DNA from: an uncultured Planctomycetia bacterium
Lineage (GTDB): Bacteria; Omnitrophota; Gorgyraeia; Tantalellales; Tantalellaceae
Direction of reading: 5' to 3'
Assembly (NCBI GenBank): GCA_964409365.1
Contig: CAYPCX010000003.1
Coordinates: 20,577-84,576 of the forward strand
Length of the DNA: 64,000 nt
Shown here: positions 47,628-57,142 of the stretch, piece by piece
How positions within the stretch are numbered: the stretch's first letter is position 1
How the letters are laid out: every line of letters begins with the position of its first letter
The notes under the pieces: model-generated
Told to the model about the DNA's origin: nothing
Seen by the model: the letters and a program-made list of their open reading frames with translations, nothing else
Databases searched by the model: none
Program-made: the position numbers and the translations under genes

Positions 47628-48110
47628 ATGCTGAAAAAGATCTGCACAGTCCTATTGGTGATAGGATGCCTGTTCCCGGCAGCCGCATTTGCTCAGGAAT
47701 CCGACCACATTCCCGCTTCAATAAAGACCTCACAGGAACTTGTCGACTGGCTTTCCGAGGAATGTTCTTTCGAGTTCGGCCTGAACGACCGGTGGCAAAG
47801 CTCGTCGGAGACCATCAGATCGGGTAAGGGCGACTGCGAGGATTTCGCGACCGTAGTCTCGGAATTCATGACCGGACGGGGAATAGACAATGACGTCCTT
47901 ATCATCAAGTTCAAAGGCATGAATATCTCACATGCCGTATGCGTCTGGAGGACGGAAAAAGGCACATACAATTTCACGTCCAACTCCAAGCTTTTCCGCA
48001 CCGGTGCACGCGACATGCTCGACGCCATCGGAAAATATTACCCCGACTGGATCATGCTCACCTTCACCGGCCGCTCCGGCGCCCCCGGCAAGGTCATCGC
48101 CCGCAAATAG
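47628..48110 (+). CDS. Secreted transglutaminase-like cysteine peptidase superfamily protein
   Basis: Signal peptide ...PAAAFA/QE; GKGDCEDFA (catalytic Cys motif), downstream His (SHAVCVW). Confidence 0.6.
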   Translation: MLKKICTVLLVIGCLFPAAAFAQESDHIPASIKTSQELVDWLSEECSFEFGLNDRWQSSSETIRSGKGDCEDFATVVSEFMTGRGIDNDVLIIKFKGMNISHAVCVWRTEKGTYNFTSNSKLFRTGARDMLDAIGKYYPDWIMLTFTGRSGAPGKVIARK

Positions 48111-48208
48111 GGTCGTCTTTACCCTTCACAACCCCTGGTTTATTACGTATACTATTCAATACATAAGGGTTCTTTTGTCCCGGCTCTAAAAGATAAAAGG
48201 GGGCAGTT

Positions 48209-48556
48209 ATGTTCAGGAAGAAGGATGAACGGGAAAAAGAGGTCAGAGAGAACATGCGAGGTGGCGCGGGAGCCGTAACCATCAGGCACTTCTTCAAAAA
48301 GGACGAGATGAACGCTCCGTGCCGCCTGTGCGCCGAGCTTTGCATCCCTCCCGGCGCGGGTATCGGTGTCCACGAGCACCAGAACGAGGACGAGATATTC
48401 ATCATTCAGAAGGGCATAGGCATCGTTACAAGCGACGGCCGCGAGATCCCGGTCGCGGAAGGTGACTCCATCCTCACGGGTAAAGGAGCTTCTCATTCCG
48501 TCAGGAACGTCGGCATGGACGATCTGCTCATTACAGCGGTAATAATCCCATACTGA
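48209..48556 (+). CDS. Cupin-domain protein
   Basis: GAGIGVHEHQNEDEIFIIQKG...GASHSVRN: cupin_2 two-His motifs. Confidence 0.65.
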   Translation: MFRKKDEREKEVRENMRGGAGAVTIRHFFKKDEMNAPCRLCAELCIPPGAGIGVHEHQNEDEIFIIQKGIGIVTSDGREIPVAEGDSILTGKGASHSVRNVGMDDLLITAVIIPY

Positions 48557-48562
48557 AAGAAC

Positions 48563-49666
48563 ATGGCCGAGGTATTTCCACAAGAGACGCTTCTTGCGCA
48601 AAAAACGCTGTTCAGCAGCGGGGCCGTCCTGCGACTGGCCGACGAGGCGCTCGAGTTCGGGGCCAGAGGCCTCATTGTCCACGGCAGCTCGTTCGAGAAG
48701 AGCGGCAAAAAGGAACGGCTGCTTTCGACGTTCGCCGCCGGGGCAGGAACGTTTTGCAGAAGGCCGGGCGAACCCACCATTGACGACATAACACATGTCA
48801 TAGAAAAAGCGAAAGAAATGGATGCCTGCTGGATCGCGGGCATCGGCGGGGGAAGCGCTCTTGACCTCGCGAAGGCGGCGGCAGGCCTCTATAACGCGAA
48901 AGAAAACCCCGCCTTTTACCAGGAGGGCGGGCGCCTCGAGAAAAAAGGCATCCCTTTCATCGCCGTGCCGACCACCGCGGGGACGGGGTCCGAGGCCACG
49001 CCGAATTCCGTCATAACGAACAAGGCAAAAAAAGCCAAGCTCTCGATCAGGGACAAGAGCTTCATGGCGCGGAAGGTCATACTCGACCCGGAACTTTTAA
49101 GGGGAATGCCGTCCACGGTGATGAGCTACGCCGCGATGGACGCCATGGTACAGGCGTACGAGTCCTTCATATCTAAAAATTCCACGTGGTTCAGCGAGAC
49201 GTTCGCGTTGAAGGCCCTGCAGCTCATCGACACTAATATCCTTCCCGCGTATGAAACAGCAGGGGGATCCGGCCTTCCGGACCTCCTTTTAGGAAGCCAC
49301 CTCGCCGGGATAGCCCTCGCGTCGGCGAGGCTGGGGGTGATACACGGTATCGCTCACCCCCTGGGGGCGCTGTACGGCCTTCCTCACGGGCTGATATGTT
49401 CGGCATGTTTCCCGCCCTCGATAAAGCTCAACAAAGAGGCCATGGGAAAGAAATACGGCATAATAAGCGGCGCTATCGGGGCGGACCTTGCCGAAAGGGT
49501 GGAAGAACTGCTCGGGAGGATGAACATAACGTCTCCGTTCAAGGGCAAAGAACTGATAGATAAGGAAAAGACGATCGAGGCGGTCCTCACGTCGGGTTCG
49601 ACGGCCGCGAACCCGAAAAAAATAGATCGGGAGGACGCGGAATTCATCCTGGGAGAGCTTTTCTGA
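48563..49666 (+). CDS. Iron-containing (group III) alcohol dehydrogenase family
   Basis: GIGGGSALDLAKAAA (GGGSxxD), AVPTTAGTGSE, His-rich metal site ...HGIAHPLGALYGLPHG. Confidence 0.8.
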   Translation: MAEVFPQETLLAQKTLFSSGAVLRLADEALEFGARGLIVHGSSFEKSGKKERLLSTFAAGAGTFCRRPGEPTIDDITHVIEKAKEMDACWIAGIGGGSALDLAKAAAGLYNAKENPAFYQEGGRLEKKGIPFIAVPTTAGTGSEATPNSVITNKAKKAKLSIRDKSFMARKVILDPELLRGMPSTVMSYAAMDAMVQAYESFISKNSTWFSETFALKALQLIDTNILPAYETAGGSGLPDLLLGSHLAGIALASARLGVIHGIAHPLGALYGLPHGLICSACFPPSIKLNKEAMGKKYGIISGAIGADLAERVEELLGRMNITSPFKGKELIDKEKTIEAVLTSGSTAANPKKIDREDAEFILGELF

Positions 49667-50886
49667 TGCGCGGGAAAAAATGGACCATAACCGGGTGGGC
49701 CCTGTACGATTTCGCGAACACCATCTTCTCGATGAACATCATATCCCTTTACTTCGTTCTCTGGGTGACCATCGATAAAGCGGGTGAAGATATCCTGTAC
49801 AGCATCGCGCTTTCCGGGTCATTGTTCGTCGCGGCCGTCATGGAACCGCTCCTCGGGACCATTTCGGATATCTACAAAAAGAGGATGCCTTTTCTTATTT
49901 TCTTCACGTGCCTCGCGTGTTTGCTGACGATCGTTCTCGGAGGCGTAAAAGGGGTCCTTATCGGCCTTTTCGTCTTTGCGCTTGCGAATATCGCTTTCCA
50001 GACCGCGGCGGTCTTTTACAACGCTCTACTCGCCTTTATCTGCGACCGGAAGGAGATCGGCAGGGTGTCCGGCCTGGGCGTCGGGCTCGGATACGTCGGG
50101 GCTATTACGGGGCTTCTGGCGACCAAGCCCTTTGCCCTGAAATACGGGTACCAGGCGGCGTTCATTCCTACCGCGGTGCTTTTTTTCATTTTCTCGTTGC
50201 CGTGTTTCATACTCGTGAAAGAGACTCCCCCCGTGAACAAGCTCCGGCCCGAAATGAGCATGGGGAAGGTGTACAGGAGGATAAAAGGGACCTTCGTGGA
50301 TTCCGAAAGATATCCGGGGCTCAGACGCTTCCTCCTTGGGGCGTTCATATTCCTGAACGCCGTCAACACGGCGATCGTGTTCATGTCGGTATACGTGAAA
50401 AAAGTGGGAGATTTTCCCGACAGCGAGCTCATACCGCTTTATATCGTATCGACGGTGATGGCGATAGCAGGGGCCCTTGTCTCCGGGATAGCGGCGGATA
50501 AACTTGGAGCGAAAAGGGCCGTTATCGCTTCTCTGGTGTTCTGGATGTTCGCGATCATCGCCGGTTCTTCCGCGTTCACCAGACCGATGTTCTGGACAGC
50601 CGGCCCGCTGATGGGGATCGCCCTCGGGTCGATATGGACCACCTCAAGGGCCTGGGTCGTCAAACTCTGCCCCGAAGAGAAAATAGGCGAGGTTTTCGGC
50701 CTGCTCGGGACGGTCGGCAAATCAGCCGCCATAGTCGGTCCCCTGGTGTGGGGGCTTTCTATCCTCGTTTTCGGTTTTATGGGCGTGGCTAAATACAGGA
50801 TGGCAATGCTCATACAGGGTTTTTTCATCCTTTTGGGCTGGCTGGTAATAAGAGGCGTGCCGGAAGATAAGGCCGCCGCGGAGTGA
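49666..50886 (+). CDS. MFS transporter, possibly LplT-like lysophospholipid transporter
   Basis: 12-TM MFS topology; sits immediately upstream (4-nt gap) of Aas-like gene as in E. coli aas-lplT pairing. Confidence 0.6.
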   Translation: MRGKKWTITGWALYDFANTIFSMNIISLYFVLWVTIDKAGEDILYSIALSGSLFVAAVMEPLLGTISDIYKKRMPFLIFFTCLACLLTIVLGGVKGVLIGLFVFALANIAFQTAAVFYNALLAFICDRKEIGRVSGLGVGLGYVGAITGLLATKPFALKYGYQAAFIPTAVLFFIFSLPCFILVKETPPVNKLRPEMSMGKVYRRIKGTFVDSERYPGLRRFLLGAFIFLNAVNTAIVFMSVYVKKVGDFPDSELIPLYIVSTVMAIAGALVSGIAADKLGAKRAVIASLVFWMFAIIAGSSAFTRPMFWTAGPLMGIALGSIWTTSRAWVVKLCPEEKIGEVFGLLGTVGKSAAIVGPLVWGLSILVFGFMGVAKYRMAMLIQGFFILLGWLVIRGVPEDKAAAE

Positions 50887-50889
50887 CGA

Positions 50890-53601
50890 ATGACGAATAA
50901 CCTGTGGAAAAGACTGGAAGGAACGGCGGCGGAGTACCGCGGTAAAACGGCCATCCGTTATTTAAAGGACGGGTCCTGGACAGGCATCACATACGACGGA
51001 TTGCGGGACCGTATAAGGTCCCTTTCGCCCTTCCTGCTCGGGGAAGGGATAAAAAAAGGTGACAGGGTAGGCATCCTGATGGAGAACCGGCCGGAATGGC
51101 CGGTGGTGTTCTTTTCCGTCCTTTCTGTCGGGGGGGTCGTGATACCTCTTAACACCGATTCCCCGGCCGAGGAGATCGGCAACATCCTGAGCGATTCCGG
51201 AACAGTGATGCTGTTCACCGGCAGGGTTCTTTCCGCCCCGGCCGGCGAGATCCTGTCGCGAAGCCCGTCCGTAAAAAAGGTCATCTCTGTCGATTCTCCG
51301 GAATTCGCCGAAGCCGCGGCAAGGCCCGGTGGCGCGGCGGAAGAAGAGACGGCCGCCGGGGATCTGGCCTGCATTTTGTACACTTCGGGGACCACGCAGG
51401 CACCCAAAGGGGTGATGCTCACTCACGGCAACCTTCTTTCCAATTGCCGGTCGCTTTTCAAACTGGGCATCGTCACCCCGGAAGACAGCATTATTTCGAT
51501 CCTGCCGCTGTTCCACACGTATCCCCTGACCAGCACCGTTCTCCTCCCGCTGTTGTACGGGGGCACTATAATCTACCCCGGCACCATGCGCGGCGAAGAG
51601 GTCCTCGCGGCGATGAGAGAGACGCGTCCGACCGTATTCGTGGCCGTTCCCCAGATCTACCATTCGTTTCACCGGAAGATCACGGAGGCCCTTAAGAAGG
51701 TGCCGTTCCCTCTGAACCTGTTCCTCGGCATGTCGACGGCGCTCCTTCACAAGCTCAGGAAGGCGACGGGCATCAACCTGTCACGGTACCTGCTTTATGG
51801 CGTCCACAAAAAGTTCGGAAGAGCCATGCGCCTGTTCATAAGCGGCGGGGCAAAACTTGACGAGGACGTCGGTCGGGATCTTTTCAGGCTGGGTTTTACG
51901 ATACTCGAGGGGTACGGCCTTACGGAGACTTCGCCGGTCCTCACGTTCAACCCGCAGGAAAGGCCAAAAACAGGTTCGGTCGGCCTTCCGGTGCCTGATG
52001 TGGAGATCAAGATCGATAACATGAACGAGGAGGGTGTCGGGGAAGTACTGGCCCGCGGGCCGAACGTAATGAAAGGGTACCATAACAGGCCCGGACAGAC
52101 GGCAAGCGTCCTGAAAGACGGTTGGTTCCATACCGGCGATCTCGGGTACCTGGACGAGGACGGTTATCTTTTCCTGACAGGTAGGGCCAAGGACGTCATC
52201 GTGCTGAGCTCCGGGGTCAACGTGTATCCTGAAGAGGTAGAGGAAGCTTACATGGCCCAGGCCCCGGTCAGCAAGATGTGCGTTTTCGACCTCCCCCAGA
52301 AAAAAGGCAAGGTCGCCGGCCTCGCGCTATGGGCCGTGGTGGTCCCGGACCTCGGGTTCTTCAGAAAATACGGCGAGGTGAACCTCCGCGCGGTGATAAA
52401 AGAGAGGTTCGATAACGTCTCCCGGGCGCTTCCGCCGTACAAACGTCTCATGGGTTTCACGATAACGCTCGACGAATTGCCGCATACACCCCTCGGGAAG
52501 ATAAAAAGATACGCCGTAAAAGAGATCTACACGCAGGCGGCGCTGCAGGAAACACCGGAAGCGAAGGCGGGACCTTCACCGGAAGACCTCGAAATGATGT
52601 CAACGGAGACGGGAAAGAGGATCATCCGCTATCTGGAGGACCAGACCCGCGTGGAAGGAAGGATCATGCCGGCGGACCTCCTGGAGCTTGACCTGGGGAT
52701 AGATTCGCTGGGAAGGATAGAGCTCGCGGCGGGGCTTGAGCAGGTATTCGGCATAAAGATAGAGGACGAGATAATAGGAAGATCTTTCACGGTAAGAGAC
52801 CTGATCACGGGCATCGAACCCCTGCTCCGGGAAAAAGAAAGCCGTCCGGTCCTCGCCGGGAGAGAAGCGGTCGTCCCCGAAAGCTGGAAAAGAACCCTTG
52901 ATATCCCGCCTGAAAAAGAGAACCTGGACAAGATCGACCTTGACCCCGGGCCGATATCCTGGTTCGGCGGGTTCATGTTCATTTGCCTTAATAAAGTTTT
53001 TTTCAGGATATTCAACAGTTTGAGCGCCGAGGGACAGGGTAACATCCCGAAGCACGGGCCGTTCATGATGTACGTGAACCATACCAGTTACTTCGACGGC
53101 CTTGTTGTCGCGTCCACCTTGCCGCGGTTCCCGAGGCTCGATCTTTTCTTTGTGGGGTTCAGGCCTTACTTCAATGTCCCCGTTATCCGCAATCTTATCA
53201 AGATAGGCAGGATCATACCGCTGGATTTTTCGGCGCACCTTTTGGAGGCGATGAGAAGCTGCTATTACGTCCTGAAGAACGGGAAGGCGCTGTGCCTTTT
53301 TCCGGAAGGATTGCGCACTCTTGACGGCCGGGTAGGCGTTTTCAAAAAAGGGTTCGGTATACTGGCGAAAGAGACGAACGCGCAACTGGTGCCGGTAGTG
53401 ATAGAAGGGGCCTTCCGGTCATGGCCCAGGACCAGTAAATTCCCGAAGCGGCACCCGATAAAGGTCATATATGGCGAACCGCTGGACGTTGAAAAGGCGG
53501 AAAGGGAGGGCCTCGCGCTCGGCGCGAAAGACAGTTACGAAGCTATCTGCCTCGGCGCGCGCGCGGCCCTGGTAAGACTTCAGCAAGAGCGGCGCCCCTG
53601 A
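50890..53601 (+). CDS. Tri-domain acyl-activating enzyme: AMP-dependent synthetase/ligase + embedded carrier (PP-binding) domain + PlsC-type lysophospholipid acyltransferase (Aas-like, reversed order)
   Basis: AMP-binding YTSGTTQAPKGV, TGDLGYLDEDGYLFLTGRAKD; carrier motif LGIDSLGRIEL; acyltransferase NHTSYFDG (HxxxxD) and FPEGLRT. Confidence 0.75.
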   Translation: MTNNLWKRLEGTAAEYRGKTAIRYLKDGSWTGITYDGLRDRIRSLSPFLLGEGIKKGDRVGILMENRPEWPVVFFSVLSVGGVVIPLNTDSPAEEIGNILSDSGTVMLFTGRVLSAPAGEILSRSPSVKKVISVDSPEFAEAAARPGGAAEEETAAGDLACILYTSGTTQAPKGVMLTHGNLLSNCRSLFKLGIVTPEDSIISILPLFHTYPLTSTVLLPLLYGGTIIYPGTMRGEEVLAAMRETRPTVFVAVPQIYHSFHRKITEALKKVPFPLNLFLGMSTALLHKLRKATGINLSRYLLYGVHKKFGRAMRLFISGGAKLDEDVGRDLFRLGFTILEGYGLTETSPVLTFNPQERPKTGSVGLPVPDVEIKIDNMNEEGVGEVLARGPNVMKGYHNRPGQTASVLKDGWFHTGDLGYLDEDGYLFLTGRAKDVIVLSSGVNVYPEEVEEAYMAQAPVSKMCVFDLPQKKGKVAGLALWAVVVPDLGFFRKYGEVNLRAVIKERFDNVSRALPPYKRLMGFTITLDELPHTPLGKIKRYAVKEIYTQAALQETPEAKAGPSPEDLEMMSTETGKRIIRYLEDQTRVEGRIMPADLLELDLGIDSLGRIELAAGLEQVFGIKIEDEIIGRSFTVRDLITGIEPLLREKESRPVLAGREAVVPESWKRTLDIPPEKENLDKIDLDPGPISWFGGFMFICLNKVFFRIFNSLSAEGQGNIPKHGPFMMYVNHTSYFDGLVVASTLPRFPRLDLFFVGFRPYFNVPVIRNLIKIGRIIPLDFSAHLLEAMRSCYYVLKNGKALCLFPEGLRTLDGRVGVFKKGFGILAKETNAQLVPVVIEGAFRSWPRTSKFPKRHPIKVIYGEPLDVEKAEREGLALGAKDSYEAICLGARAALVRLQQERRP

Positions 53602-53640
53602 TGCCTTGCAAAACCGATAGCCAATGAACGGAGGTGTAGC

Positions 53641-53853
53641 GTGAAGATCTTTAAAATGTTAGTTTCGGTCGCGGCAGTGATAGTTTTTCTTATATGCGTA
53701 TATTCCTTCCTGCTGGGCAACGAGGTGTTCAAGGGCAATTTCAGGAACGACGCGATCGCCTGGTACTTCCTCGCGAAAGGGATATTCTGCTCGCTGGCGC
53801 TTTATCTCTTGGCGCGTATCCTCGAGTCGTTGGCGATAAAGAACAGGCAGTAA
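53641..53853 (+). CDS. Small membrane protein (70 aa)
   Basis: GTG after GGAGG; two hydrophobic helices. Confidence 0.4.
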   Translation: MKIFKMLVSVAAVIVFLICVYSFLLGNEVFKGNFRNDAIAWYFLAKGIFCSLALYLLARILESLAIKNRQ

Positions 53854-53867
53854 AAATATTTAACATT

Positions 53868-53917
53868 AATACTTGCCAAATCTTAAAGTATTGGTTAATA
53901 TTACGTTAACGGAAAAA
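53868..53917. promoter_or_regulatory. Imperfect palindrome (TTAACATTAATACTT...AAGTATTGGTTAATATTACGTTAA) upstream of response-regulator gene; candidate operator
   Basis: Inverted AATACTT/AAGTATT and TTAA/TTAA arms in AT-rich 80-nt spacer. Confidence 0.35.
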
Positions 53918-53934
53918 ACTGTAAAGGCAGTAAA

Positions 53935-54630
53935 ATGGATGACAATTTGATAGCCGTAGTTGACGATGACCCCGGTATCGTTTCCACGATAACCGAGTTC
54001 CTTTCGAAGCAGGGGTACCGGGTCAAAGGCCTCCATGACGGGAAAGCGCTTTTTTCTTACCTTGAAAAAGAGAGGCCCGATCTTATTATCCTCGACCTCG
54101 TACTCCCCGGGATGAACGGGTTCGAAATATGCCAGACCCTTAAAGGCAAAGAAAGGTTCTCGGGGATCCCCATTATCATACTTTCCGGGAAAACGGAAGA
54201 AGACGACAAGGTCTCGGGGCTGGACCTGGGCGCCGACGATTACATGATCAAACCTTTCTCCCTTAACGAACTCAAATCCAGGATAACGGCCGTGCTCAGG
54301 AGAGGCGGCCCCGAGGAGGTCGAGGAAAAGATAAGCGTGGGGGACATCCTGGAAATAGACCTGAAAAAATACCAGGTCAGGGTCAAAGGAGAGCTGGTAG
54401 ACCTCACACCTACCGAGTTCAAGATACTGGAACTTCTGTCTTCGAGGCGCGGCCAGGTCTTCAAGAGGGACCGGATCCTCGACTATCTCTGGGGAGAAGA
54501 AAAAGTCGTTATCGAGCGCACTATAGACGTTCATATCAGGCACCTGAGGGAAAAACTCGGTGACGCCGGCGATTTCATCAAGAACGTAAGAGGGATAGGG
54601 TACAAGCTGGAAGAAGGACCCGAAAGCTGA
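53935..54630 (+). CDS. OmpR/PhoB-family response regulator (receiver + winged-helix)
   Basis: IAVVDDDPGIV...DLIILDLVLPGMNG (Asp pocket), C-terminal ...RTIDVHIRHLREKL. Confidence 0.85.
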   Translation: MDDNLIAVVDDDPGIVSTITEFLSKQGYRVKGLHDGKALFSYLEKERPDLIILDLVLPGMNGFEICQTLKGKERFSGIPIIILSGKTEEDDKVSGLDLGADDYMIKPFSLNELKSRITAVLRRGGPEEVEEKISVGDILEIDLKKYQVRVKGELVDLTPTEFKILELLSSRRGQVFKRDRILDYLWGEEKVVIERTIDVHIRHLREKLGDAGDFIKNVRGIGYKLEEGPES

Positions 54631-54654
54631 TAATCCGACGAAAATTCTTTTAAA

Positions 54655-54686
54655 GGCCGCGTTATCACGCGGCTTTTTGTTTTTAT
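54655..54686 (+). terminator. Rho-independent terminator after response regulator
   Basis: GCCGCG-ttatca-CGCGGC then TTTTTGTTTTT. Confidence 0.75.
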
Positions 54687-54708
54687 CGCTAAAGGACCAG
54701 GAGGAAAA

Positions 54709-55218
54709 ATGAGCGTCTTTCCATACGGTAACAGGGTGATATCCGCGATAACGGTACTTTTCTTTTGCGCGGCCGTGATCCTGCCGGCAGGCGACCTGCC
54801 GGCCCAGGGCGCGTACACCACCCGGCAGGCGAGCAGGGCGGCAGACGACGCGGAACTGACCGACGACCTGGACAAAAAGCTCGACAAAACGATAAAAGTG
54901 CTCCAGGTGATAAAAAGGGAACTGAAGGATCTCGACCTCGGGGAAGAACCGGCCGCCAAAGCGGCGCCGCAGAGTGCCGCCGCCGCGCCCGAGGACGAAA
55001 GCGCCTGGGCCGACAACCTGCGCAGGCTGATAAGCAAGCTGCGCAAGATCCTTTCCGCGGTCAGGAAGGTCGCCGCGGAAGTGGAGGACGAGCCGCGCGC
55101 CAAAAGCTCCACCCCGGCCGAGCAGGAAGCCCTGAAAAAAGACCTGAGCGACAACCTGGATAAGACCATAAAAGCGATGCAGGTGATCAAGGAAGAACTG
55201 GACAAGGATTTAGACTGA
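54709..55218 (+). CDS. Secreted hypothetical protein with two internal repeats (DLDKKLDKTIKVLQVIKRELKDLD / DNLDKTIKAMQVIKEELDKDLD)
   Basis: Signal-like N-terminus; Ala/Lys/Glu-rich helical repeats. Confidence 0.5.
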   Translation: MSVFPYGNRVISAITVLFFCAAVILPAGDLPAQGAYTTRQASRAADDAELTDDLDKKLDKTIKVLQVIKRELKDLDLGEEPAAKAAPQSAAAAPEDESAWADNLRRLISKLRKILSAVRKVAAEVEDEPRAKSSTPAEQEALKKDLSDNLDKTIKAMQVIKEELDKDLD

Positions 55219-55712
55219 TGGAAACATTTGAAGCCATATCAAAAAGGGCCAGCGTAAGAAAGTACCTGGCAAGATCCATAGACAGACAGCTGCTGGAAAA
55301 GCTTGTTGACGCGGGAAGGCGCGCGCCGACCGCGCGGGCCGTGGAACCCTGGGAGTTCGTCGTCGTGACCGACAGGAACGTGCTGAAAAAGCTGGGCGAG
55401 GTGGCAAGCACCGGACCGTTCATCGGTGATGCGGCAAGCTGCATAGCCGTGTTCTCACAGGACACCAAGTATTACCTCGAGGACGGGTGCGCCGCCACGG
55501 AGAACATCCTGATAGAAGCGGCCGACCTGGGCTTGGGCGCCTGCTGGGTGGCCGGTGACAAGAAGCCGTATGCGCAGGAAGTAGCCGATATTCTCGGAGC
55601 ATCCGGCAGCCTGAAGCTCGTAAGCCTTATATCGCTCGGCTGGCCCGCGGACGAGCCCCGGCAGACCAAGAACCGCAACACAAAAGACGTTATCCATTGG
55701 GAAAGATTTTAA
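55218..55712 (+). CDS. Nitroreductase-family FMN protein
   Basis: RASVRKY...PTARAVEPWEFVVV...; 164 aa. Confidence 0.7.
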   Translation: METFEAISKRASVRKYLARSIDRQLLEKLVDAGRRAPTARAVEPWEFVVVTDRNVLKKLGEVASTGPFIGDAASCIAVFSQDTKYYLEDGCAATENILIEAADLGLGACWVAGDKKPYAQEVADILGASGSLKLVSLISLGWPADEPRQTKNRNTKDVIHWERF

Positions 55713-55722
55713 CGACCGGCCT

Positions 55723-56898
55723 TTGCATATGACGGCACGCACACTAAGCGTTTTGATGATGGCGGCTTTCTCCAGCATGATCGGGATGGGGGTTATATCC
55801 CCGTTCCTCCCGGGGTTCGCCAAAGAGCACGGAGCCAACGGTTTCTGGCTCGGCATGATCTTTGCCGGTTTCGGGCTCTCGCGCATGGTCATAATGCCTT
55901 TTGTCGGGAGGGTCTCCGACCGTATAGGACGAAAGGTATTCGTCGCGGCGGGCCTTGCGCTTTACACCGTGGTATCGATGCTTTATCCAAGGGCCGACAA
56001 CGTCAAAGAACTGACGGCCATCAGGATGATACACGGGCTGGCAGTAGGCATGATCATTCCCATCGTCATGGCGTATATGGGCGACCTGGCCGAAAAGGGA
56101 AAAGAGGGTTTGAGGGCCGGGACCCTTAATATGATGTTCTACACCGGTCTTGCCGCGGGGCCTATCCTGGGCGGGTTGATATGCGAGCTTTACGGCTTCG
56201 CGGCGGTATTCCACGCGATGACCGCCCTCGGCGCTTTCGCTTTTTTAGTTGTGCTCATCTTTCTTCCGGCCCTTAAAGGCGAGGGCACACAAGCGGAGGT
56301 ACCTCCTTTCAACTTCCACAGCCTGATAAGGTACAGCCTCATAAAGACCGTCCTTATCAGCGCGGTAGCGATCGCTTTGATGGTGTCCGTGTTCATGTCT
56401 TTTCTCCCGTCGCTGGCGGCGCGGATAAATATAGACCTTTACCATATCGGGCTGATAATCTCGGTCGGCATTTTTCTGGCGGGGCTCTTCCAGATCCCGT
56501 TCGGCCGGCTTTCCGACCGGCTCGACAGGACGGGAAAGATGATACAGGTCGGTATAGGTATCTCTGTCGGCATGCTCGCCCTTTTTGTGATGCCGTTCTG
56601 CCCGGACTTTCACATGCTTATTACCGCCGGCGCTATCCTGGGGATCGGCGCCGCTATATCGGCGCCCGCTCTCATGAGCGTATCCATCGGGATAGGGCGG
56701 GAATCAGGCATGGGCGCGTGGATGGGCGTATTCAACACGGCGATGTCCGTAGGCATGGCGATCACCCCCCTGATCGCCGGCATAGTGATGGACCTGCTCG
56801 GGATCGACTGTGTCTTTTACCTTTTCGGCATACTGGCCGCGTTCATCATACTCGGGTCTATCCATTTTTTCCGCAGAAGACTGTTCAAGCTGAACTGA
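55723..56898 (+). CDS. MFS transporter (drug/H+ antiporter-like)
   Basis: Motif A GRVSDRIGRK between TM2-3; 12 TM. Confidence 0.8.
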   Translation: MHMTARTLSVLMMAAFSSMIGMGVISPFLPGFAKEHGANGFWLGMIFAGFGLSRMVIMPFVGRVSDRIGRKVFVAAGLALYTVVSMLYPRADNVKELTAIRMIHGLAVGMIIPIVMAYMGDLAEKGKEGLRAGTLNMMFYTGLAAGPILGGLICELYGFAAVFHAMTALGAFAFLVVLIFLPALKGEGTQAEVPPFNFHSLIRYSLIKTVLISAVAIALMVSVFMSFLPSLAARINIDLYHIGLIISVGIFLAGLFQIPFGRLSDRLDRTGKMIQVGIGISVGMLALFVMPFCPDFHMLITAGAILGIGAAISAPALMSVSIGIGRESGMGAWMGVFNTAMSVGMAITPLIAGIVMDLLGIDCVFYLFGILAAFIILGSIHFFRRRLFKLN

Positions 56899-56950
56899 AC
56901 GTAGAATTAATATCATTTCATGTTATAATATATGACCGGTTGTATCGTAC

Positions 56951-56976
56951 ACACCCGATGTGTACACACCCGAAGT
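56951..56976. repeat. REP-like element copy 3 (ACACCCGATGTGT-ACACACCCGAAGT, direct-direct)
   Basis: Same 13-nt core as at 8778 and 12158, here as two direct half-sites downstream of MFS gene. Confidence 0.6.
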
Positions 56977-56995
56977 ATAGATCGGAGGTCTTTTT

Positions 56996-57136
56996 ATGGG
57001 GATGAAACACAGGAAAAGGATAAAATACAAACAGAGGCAAAAAAGGAAGAAAAAACGCCTTAAGCTCGCGGCCCAGGGCCTCGACCCCAAGGATTACTAC
57101 TGCGGAAGGTTTTACGTGGGCACGAAGGAGGCCTAA
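56996..57136 (+). CDS. Possible small highly basic ORF (46 aa, MGMKHRKRIKYKQRQKRKKKRLKLAAQGLDPKDYYCGRFYVGTKEA)
   Basis: GGAGG 6 nt upstream of ATG; its 3' end carries the AAGGAGG RBS of the next gene; not in ORF track (<60 aa). Confidence 0.3.
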   Translation: MGMKHRKRIKYKQRQKRKKKRLKLAAQGLDPKDYYCGRFYVGTKEA

Positions 57137-57142
57137 ACAGCG

